From an uncultured Gemmatimonadales bacterium (GTDB lineage: Bacteria; Gemmatimonadota; Gemmatimonadetes; Gemmatimonadales; Gemmatimonadaceae): a stretch of DNA of 64,000 bases. Where the stretch lies: assembly GCA_963701965.1 (NCBI GenBank), contig OY969695.1, positions 224,001 to 288,000 on the forward strand, written 5' to 3'. The position numbers were made by a program, and so were the translations under genes. Of the stretch, positions 57,026-64,000 are shown piece by piece; the first letter of the stretch is position 1; each line of letters opens with the position of its first letter. The notes under the pieces were generated by a model. That model did no database searches, was not told the origin of the DNA, and worked only from the letters and a program-made list of their open reading frames with translations.

Positions 57026-58129
57026 GTGGCGAGCCCGCTCCGTGCCGACGACCGCTTCGCACGCATCATCGTCATCTGCACGCGCCAGATCGGCGACGTG
57101 CTCCTCACCACGCCGCTGATCGCGGCGGCCAAGGCGCGCTGGCCCGAGGCGACGATCGACGTCCTCGGCTTCGGCGGAACGCTCGGCATGCTGCGCGGCA
57201 ATCCCGACGTCGCCGAGCTGATCGAGGTGCCCGCCGGCAGCGGCTGGGTCGCGTCGCGTCGGCTGATCCGCCGCTTGTGGCGGCGCTACGACCTGGCGCT
57301 GATCGCACAGTACTCGGACCGCGCGCACCTGTACGGCTTCGCCGCGGCGAAGCGGCGCGCTGGCCAGGTCACCGACGAGGCGAAGTCGTGGTGGAAACGG
57401 GCGCTGCTCGAGCACCGGGTGCGCATGAACAACGACCAGTCGCACTCGGTGGTCGAAAAGCTGCGCCTGCTCGCGCCGTGGGTCGAGCCGGGCGGCGCGC
57501 GCCTGGTCGCGCCAGCGGCGACGGCGCTGCCGTCCGAGGTCGCCGCGGCGCTTCGGCCGCCGTACGCGGTGCTGCAGGCGCCGGCGGCCGTCGCCTACAA
57601 GCTCTGGCCACTGGCGCACTGGCGCGAGCTCGTCGCGGCGCTGCTCGAGCGCGGTCTGCAGGTGGTGCTGACGGGCGCGTCGTCGGCCGGCGACAAGGCG
57701 CTGGTCGAATCGGTGCGCAGGGGCTTCGCCGCCGATCGCGTCCTCGACGGCGCCGGCCGCCTCGACTTGAACCAGGTCGCGACGCTTCTGCGCGGCGCCG
57801 CGCTCTACCTCGGCGGCGACACCTCGATCACCCACCTGGCGGCGGCGTGCGAGATCCCGGTCGTTGCGCTCTACGGGCCGATCAATCCGCGCTACTTCGG
57901 GCCGTGGCCGGCGAGTCCGACACTCGACGTTCCGTACGTCGCGCATGCGCTCGTGCAGCGCGTCGGCAGCGTCAGCGTCCTCCAGGGAACGCCTGCCTGC
58001 GTGCCGTGCGACCGGGCCGGCTGCGAGGACCGCAACGAAAGCGCCAGCGTCTGCCTGCAGACGCTGATGCCGGCGCGGGTCATCGCCGAGGTCGATCGGA
58101 TTCTCGGCCGCGCCGCTGAAGGACAATGA
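57026..58129 (+). CDS. Glycosyltransferase family 9 (heptosyltransferase-like)
   Basis: [19 protein letters not shown]...VALYGP. Confidence 0.92.
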   Translation: MASPLRADDRFARIIVICTRQIGDVLLTTPLIAAAKARWPEATIDVLGFGGTLGMLRGNPDVAELIEVPAGSGWVASRRLIRRLWRRYDLALIAQYSDRAHLYGFAAAKRRAGQVTDEAKSWWKRALLEHRVRMNNDQSHSVVEKLRLLAPWVEPGGARLVAPAATALPSEVAAALRPPYAVLQAPAAVAYKLWPLAHWRELVAALLERGLQVVLTGASSAGDKALVESVRRGFAADRVLDGAGRLDLNQVATLLRGAALYLGGDTSITHLAAACEIPVVALYGPINPRYFGPWPASPTLDVPYVAHALVQRVGSVSVLQGTPACVPCDRAGCEDRNESASVCLQTLMPARVIAEVDRILGRAAEGQ

Positions 58130-58133
58130 GGCG

Positions 58134-58959
58134 ATGAGCGCAGGCGATCGCGATCGCAACCGGCAAGCCTCGACCGGGCGGCCCGGTCAAGGCCGTCATT
58201 CTCGCGGGCGGCTTCGGCAGTCGCATCGCCGAGGAGACCAGCCTCAAGCCCAAGCCGATGATCGAGATCGGCGGCCGGCCGATCCTCTGGCACATCCTGA
58301 AGATCTACTCGGCCGGCGGCGTCAACGACTTCGTGATCTGCTGCGGCTACAAGGGCTACGTGATCAAGGAGTACTTCGCCAACTACTTCCTGCACATGTC
58401 GGACGTCACCTTCGACATGGCCAAGAACACGATGGAAGTGCATCAGAAGAACGCCGAGCCGTGGCGCGTGACGCTCGTCGACACCGGCGAGGACTCGATG
58501 ACCGGCGGGCGGCTGCGCCGCGTCGCCGACTATCTTCGCGACGAGGACTGCTTCTGCTTCACCTACGGCGACGGCGTCGCCGACATCGACATCGCCGCCG
58601 AGATCGCCTTCCACCGTTCGCACGGCAAGCAGGCGACGGTGACCGCGGTGCAGCCGCCCGGACGCTACGGCGCGCTTCGTCTCGACGGCCACGCGCGTCG
58701 ACGGCTTCATCGAGAAGCCGCGCGGCGACGGCGGCCTCATCAACGGCGGCTTCTTCGTTCTCTCGCCGCGCGTTCTCGATCGGATCGACGGGCGATGCGA
58801 CCAGCTGGGAGCACGAGCCGCTCGACCGGCCTGGCGAAGGACGGCGAGCTGATGGCCTACGTCCACAGCGGCTTCTGGCAGCCGATGGACACGCTGCGCG
58901 AAAGGAACCTGCTCGAGGAGCTGTGGCAGTCGGGGCGGGCGCCGTGGAAGCGCTGGTGA
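58134..58959 (+). CDS. rfbF: Glucose-1-phosphate cytidylyltransferase (frameshifted)
   Basis: KAVILAGG, PKPMIEIGGRPILWHI, GFWQPMDTLR. Confidence 0.93.
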
Positions 58960-60071
58960 GCGGCGCGAGCGGCGCTGCCTTCTGGCGCGGCAAGCGCGTC
59001 CTGGTCACGGGCCATACCGGCTTCAAGGGCGCGTGGCTGGCGCTCTGGCTGCATCGGCTCGGCGCCGAGGTCACCGGGCTCGCGCTCGCGGCCGCGAGAC
59101 AAAAGCCTGTACCGGCTCGCCGCCCTCGACGGCGCGGTCGCGAGCCGGATCGTCGACCTGCGCGACGCCGCCGCGACCGCCGCCGCGGTGCGCGCGGCCC
59201 GGCCGCAGATCGTGCTCCATCTCGCGGCGCAGGCGTTGGTGCGGGCGAGCTATCGCGATCCGCTCGCGACCTTCGCGACCAACACGATGGGCACGGCGCA
59301 TCTGCTCGACGCCCTGCGCGATCTCGACGACGTCTGCGTCGCTGTCGTCGTCACCACCGACAAGGTCTATCGCAACAACGAGTGGCCGTATCCGTACCGC
59401 GAGGACGACGCCCTCGGCGGCCACGATCCCTACAGCGCCAGCAAGGCGGCGGCCGAGCTGGTCGCGGCGAGCTATCGCAGCGCGTTCCTGGAAGCGCAGC
59501 AGGTGGCCGTGGCGACGGCGCGTGCCGGCAACGTCATCGGCGGCGGCGACTGGAGCGAGGACCGGCTGATTCCCGACGCCGTGCGTGCCTGGCAAAGCGG
59601 CTCGGTGCTTGACGATCCGGCGGCCGCAGGCGATTCGCCCCTGGCAGCACGTGCTCGACCCGCTCGCCGGCTACCTGCGCCTGGCCGAGCGGCTCTGGCA
59701 CGCGCCGAACCTCGCCGGCGCGTACAACTTCGGGCCGCGCACCGACGAGGCGGCGACCGTCGGCACGGTCGTCGCCCTGGCGCGCGCTGCGTATGGCTCG
59801 GGCGAGTGGCGCGCCGAGCTGGACGAAGCGGGCCCGCACGAGGCGGGACGGCTCGCGCTCGAAGTCGCGCGGGCACGCGCGGTGCTCGGCGTGGCGCCGC
59901 GCTGGGCGCTGCCGGAGGCTGTGCAGCGAACGATGCTCTGGTACCGGCGTCTCGCCGACGGCGCTTCGGCGCGGACGCTGTGCGAAGCCGACATCGCCGA
60001 TCACGAAGCGGCCGGCGCTGGCCGCTCTTGCCGCCGATCACGCCGCCACGCTCGCAGGACGCGCGCCGTGA
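58956..60071 (+). CDS. rfbG: CDP-glucose 4,6-dehydratase (frameshifted)
   Basis: VTGHTGFKGAWL, HLAAQALV, DPYSASK, RAGNVIGGGDW. Confidence 0.93.
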
Positions 60072-60629
60072 ACCGATTCGAGGTCGAAGACACGAAGCTC
60101 GCCGGCCTGAAGCGCGTGCGCCGGTCGCGTCTCGGCGATGACCGCGGCTTCCTGGCGCGTCTCTTCTGCGCCGACGAGTTGCGCGATGCCGGCTGGAACG
60201 CGCCGGTCGCGCAGGTCAACCACACCCGCACGGCGCAGCGCGGCAGCGTCCGCGGCCTGCACTTCCAGCATCCGCCGCGGGCCGAGAAAAAGCTCGTCCA
60301 TTGCCTGCGCGGCGAGGTCTTCGACGTCGCCGTCGACCTGCGTCGCGGCTCGCCGACCTTCCTGCAGTGGCACGGCGAACGGTTGAGCGGCGACAACGGC
60401 GTCGCCCTGCTGATCCCGGAAGGCTTCGCCCACGGCCTGCAGACGCTTGCCGACGACGTCGACATGCTCTATTGCCACTCGGTCGCCTACGCCGCCGATA
60501 GCGAAGGCGGCGTCCATCCGCGCGAGCCGCGCGTGGCGATCGACTGGCCGCTGCCGATCGCGCTGCTCTCGCCGCGCGACGAAGCGCGAGCGCTGGCTCT
60601 CGGCCGGGTTCGAAGGAATCGCGCTTTGA
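60068..60629 (+). CDS. rfbC: dTDP-4-dehydrorhamnose 3,5-epimerase family
   Basis: DDRGF, RGLHFQ, DVAVDLR.GSPTF, IPEGFAHG. Confidence 0.9.
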
Positions 60630-61860
60630 AGTGCCGCCACTGCGCCGCCGACGCTCGAGCGCGTCTGCCTCGATCTGGGCAGCGCGCCGCCGTCGAACGC
60701 CTACCTGAGCGAGGCGGCGCTGCGCGCGCCCGAGGTCTGGTATCCGCTGCGCCTGCTCGTCTGCGAGCGCTGCTGGCTCGTGCAGACCGAGGACCACGCC
60801 GGCCGCGAGGCCTTGTTCGGCGACGACTACGCCTACTTCAGCTCGTTCTCGTCGTCGTGGCTGGCGCACGCCGAAGCCTACGTGCAGGCGATGCGCAAGC
60901 GCTTCGCGCTGACGCGCGAGAGCCTTGTCAGCGAGGTCGCGGCCAACGACGGCTACCTCCTGCGCTACGTCCGCGACGCCGGCATCCCGTGCTACGGCAT
61001 CGAGCCGACGGCGAGCACCGCGAAGGCGGCGCGCGCGCTCGGCCTCGACATCGTCGAGCGCTTCTTCGGCGTCGAGCTCGCGCGCGAGCTGGCGGCGGCA
61101 GGTCGGCAGGTCGACCTCGTCGCCGCCAACAACGTCCTCGCCCACGTTCCCGACATCAACGACTTCGTTCGCGGCTTCGCGACTGCTGCTCAAGCCCGAC
61201 GGCGTGGCGACGTTCGAGTTCCCGCACCTGCTGCGCCTGTTGCGCGAGAACCAGTTCGACACCGTCTATCACGAGCACTATTCGTATCTCTCGCTGACGA
61301 CGGTGCGGCGCATCTTCGACGACCCACGGCCTGGCCGTGTTCGACGTCGAAGAGCTTCCGACCCACGGCGGCAGCCTGCGCGTGTTCGCGCAGCGCAGCG
61401 ACACGGGGCGGCGTGCCGCCGGCGACGCCGTCGCGCGCGTGCTGCGCGACGAAGCCGCCGCCGGCTTGGCGACGGCGGCCGGCTACGACGGCTTCCAGGC
61501 AACGCATCGACAAGGTCAAGGACGACTTCATGGCGTTCCTGATCGAGGCCCGGCGCGCCGGCCGAAACGTGGCCGCGTACGGCGCCGCGGCCAAGGGCAA
61601 CACGCTGATGAACTACGCGGGCGTGCGCCCGGACCTGATCGCCTTCGTCGTCGACCGCAATCCGGCCAAGCAGGGCAAGTACATGCCCGGCAGCCGCATC
61701 CCGATCGTCGCCGAGGAGCGGCTGCGCGAGGCGCGGCCCGACGACATCGTCATCCTGCCCTGGAACCTGCGCGACGAGGTGATGCGCGCAGCTCGACTAC
61801 GTGCGCGCCTGGGGCGGGCGCTTCGTCACGGCGGTGCCCGAGCTGAGGTGCGTGCCGTGA
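60626..61860 (+). CDS. NDP-sugar C-methyltransferase-like protein (frameshifted)
   Basis: KCRHC, EVAANDGYLL, YHEHYSY, YGAAAKGNT, LPWNL. Confidence 0.88.
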
Positions 61861-62700
61861 AGGTGGCGGTGAGCGGCGCGACGGGCTTCGTCGGCCGTCA
61901 TGTCGTCGCCGCGCTCGAGCGCGCCGGCCACGAGCCGACGCTATGGGTGCGACCGTCTTCGTCGCCGTCGACGCTCGATTCCGCCATCGGATCGTGCGCA
62001 TCGACATCGAGAATCCGCCGGATCGGCCCTTCGAGCAACTCGGCCGGCCCGATGCGCTGATCCATCTCGCGTGGGGCGGGCTGCCGAACTACGCATCGCT
62101 GCATCACTTCGAGCGCGAGCTGCCGGCGCACTATGCAATCTTGAAGCGCCTGGTGCGAGGAGGGCCTGTCGACCCTCGTCGCCGCCGGCACCTGCTTCGA
62201 GTACGGCATGCAATCAGGTCCGCTCGACGAGACGCGGCGCCGCTGCGCCGGCAAATCCGTACGCGCTCGCCAAGGACGCGCTGCGCCAGCAGCTGCAGCA
62301 ACTGCAACGCCACCTGCCGTTCTCGCTCACGTGGGCGCGCCTTTTCTATCTCCACGGCGAAGGCCAGGCGACGAGCGCGCTCCTGCCGCAACTGCGCCAG
62401 GCGGTCGCCGCCGGCGTTGCCGTCGTTCGCGATGTCGGGAGGGGAGCAGCTGCGCGACTATCTTGCCGTCGAGCAGGCTGCCGACCATCTCGTCGCCCTC
62501 GCCGGCAAACGGCGCGAGCACGGCATCGTCAACGTCTGCTCGGGCCAGCCGGTGTCGATACGCGCCCTCGTCGAAGGCTGGATCGCCGCCAACGACTGGT
62601 CGATCAGGCTCGACCTCGGCCGCTATCCCTATCCGGAACACGAGCCGATGGCGTTCTGGGGCGATGCGAGGAAGCTGAAGCAATGTCTGCGAAGCGTCCT
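61857..62700 (+). CDS. NAD-dependent epimerase/dehydratase (frameshifted, end uncertain)
   Basis: SGATGFVG, HLAW, NPYALAK, GEQLRDYL. Confidence 0.85.
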
Positions 62701-63794
62701 GAGCCTCACCGACAAGGGCGGGCGCGAGATCTACCGCGCCGAGCAGCTGCCGGTGCTGCAGAACCGAATGTTCGCGAGCACGCAGGCCGCGCGCGCGTGC
62801 CCCCGCGGCGACGTCGTCCTGGTTCAGTCGCGCGCCACCGGGCTCGTGTTCAATGCCGCCTTCCAGCCGGAGCTCGTCCAGTACGGCGCCGACTACCAGA
62901 ACGAGCAGGGCTTGAGCGCCGCGTTCGCGCGCCACCTCGACGCCGTCGTCGACGGTGATGCGGCGGCACTTCGCGGGCCAGACCCTGATCGAGGTCGGCT
63001 GCGGCAAGGGCCTCTTCCTCGAGCGATTGCTCGCCGCGGCTTCGACGTCACCGGGCTCGACCCGACCTACGAGGGCGCGCAACCCGCGCGTGATCCGCAA
63101 GTTCTTCACGCCCGAGATCGGCCTCCTCGCCGACGGCATCGTCCTGCGCCACGTGCTCGAGCACGTCGTCGACCCGGTCGCGTTTCTTGCCGGGCTGCTC
63201 GAGTCGAACGGTGGCGAGGGCAAGATCTACATCGAGGTGCCATGCCTCGACTGGATCGTCCGCCACGACGCCTGGTTCGACATCTTCTACGAGCACGTCA
63301 ACTACTTCCGCCTGGCCGACTTCGAGCGGATGTTCGGCACGCTGCACGAGGTCGGTCACGCGTTCGGCGGGCAGTACCTCTATGCCGTCGCCGACCTGGC
63401 AACGCTGCGCACGCCGCGAAGGCGGGCGGGCGACGACTTCGCATTCCCGCCCGGCTTCTTGTCGTCGCTCGATGCCTGCGAGGCGCGTCTCGCGGCGCAG
63501 CCGCCAGGCGCGCCGCGGGCGATCTGGGGCGGCGCATCGAAGGGCGTGATCTTCGCGCTCTTCATGGAGCGCGCGGGAACGCCGATCGATACCGTGATCG
63601 ACATCAATCCCGCCAAGCAGGGCCGCTATCTCGCCGCCACCGGGCTGCGCGTTCAGTCGCCCGACGAGGCGATGGCGCACCTGCCGGCGGGCACCGACGT
63701 GTTCGTCATGAACAGCAACTATCTGGATGAGATCGAGGCGGCCACGGCGCATCGATACCACTGTCTGCTGATCGACCAGGGGAGCGAAACATGA
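62700..63794 (+). CDS. Class I SAM-dependent methyltransferase (frameshifted, start uncertain)
   Basis: EVGCGKG, RHVLEH, FYEHVNYF, WGGASKG. Confidence 0.85.
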
Positions 63795-64000
63795 ACGAGT
63801 TCGAGCGCGAGGTCGCCGAGCGCATCGCGGCCAACGGTAGCGACGCGCCGCAACAGGCGGCGGCGGGCCAGTTCATGGCGACCTCGATCGCCGCAAAGTA
63901 CTCGTACAACTTCTCGTGGCTCGGCCGGCCGATCATCCAGTACCCGCAGGACATCGTCGCGATGCAGGAGCTGATCTGGTCGCTGCAGCCCGAGCTGATC
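63791..64000 (+). CDS. Cephalosporin hydroxylase/CmcI family protein (partial)
   Basis: YSYNFSWLGRPIIQYPQDIVAMQELIW. Confidence 0.88.
   Translation, partial: MNEFEREVAERIAANGSDAPQQAAAGQFMATSIAAKYSYNFSWLGRPIIQYPQDIVAMQELIWSLQPELI

Noticed and set aside
59585..63730. Apparent rfbG-rfbC and epimerase-methyltransferase fusions
   Set aside because: Probably produced by indel errors in tightly overlapping operon genes

Overview
High-GC bacterial DNA whose gene content suggests a betaproteobacterium (Burkholderiales-like; inference). 1-24229 is a degraded chromosomal integron. About 28 short cassette ORFs lie mostly on the - strand (GNAT, GFA, VOC, SnoaL, cupin, GST, a DfrB trimethoprim-resistance DHFR and others), separated by related attC sites that tend to be more decayed far from a putative attI at ~21090. 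The integrase (23948-24229) is truncated after its N-terminal domain and abuts dnaE2. The control sites carry several insertions. (i) Two different IS110-family elements sit in attC sites, and their upstream non-coding regions contain short segments matching their own target and donor junctions, as expected of bridge RNAs. (ii) A 72-bp scar of one of them lies in a third attC. (iii) An IS3 element lies in a fourth attC. (iv) A group II intron is inserted 2 nt after the LexA box of the integrase promoter, and its predicted EBS1 loop is complementary to the consensus LexA half-site. From 24229 onward the window is mostly ordinary chromosome: dnaE2, a class C group II intron after a terminator, peptidases, glnS, a LytTR two-component pair, yebC-purD-hemF-nadD-rsfS-rlmH-maf-rng and a CDP-sugar/LPS cluster. 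Many genes, including normally essential ones, are frameshifted, most simply explained by long-read indel errors. All calls are from motif recognition by eye; no searches were run.
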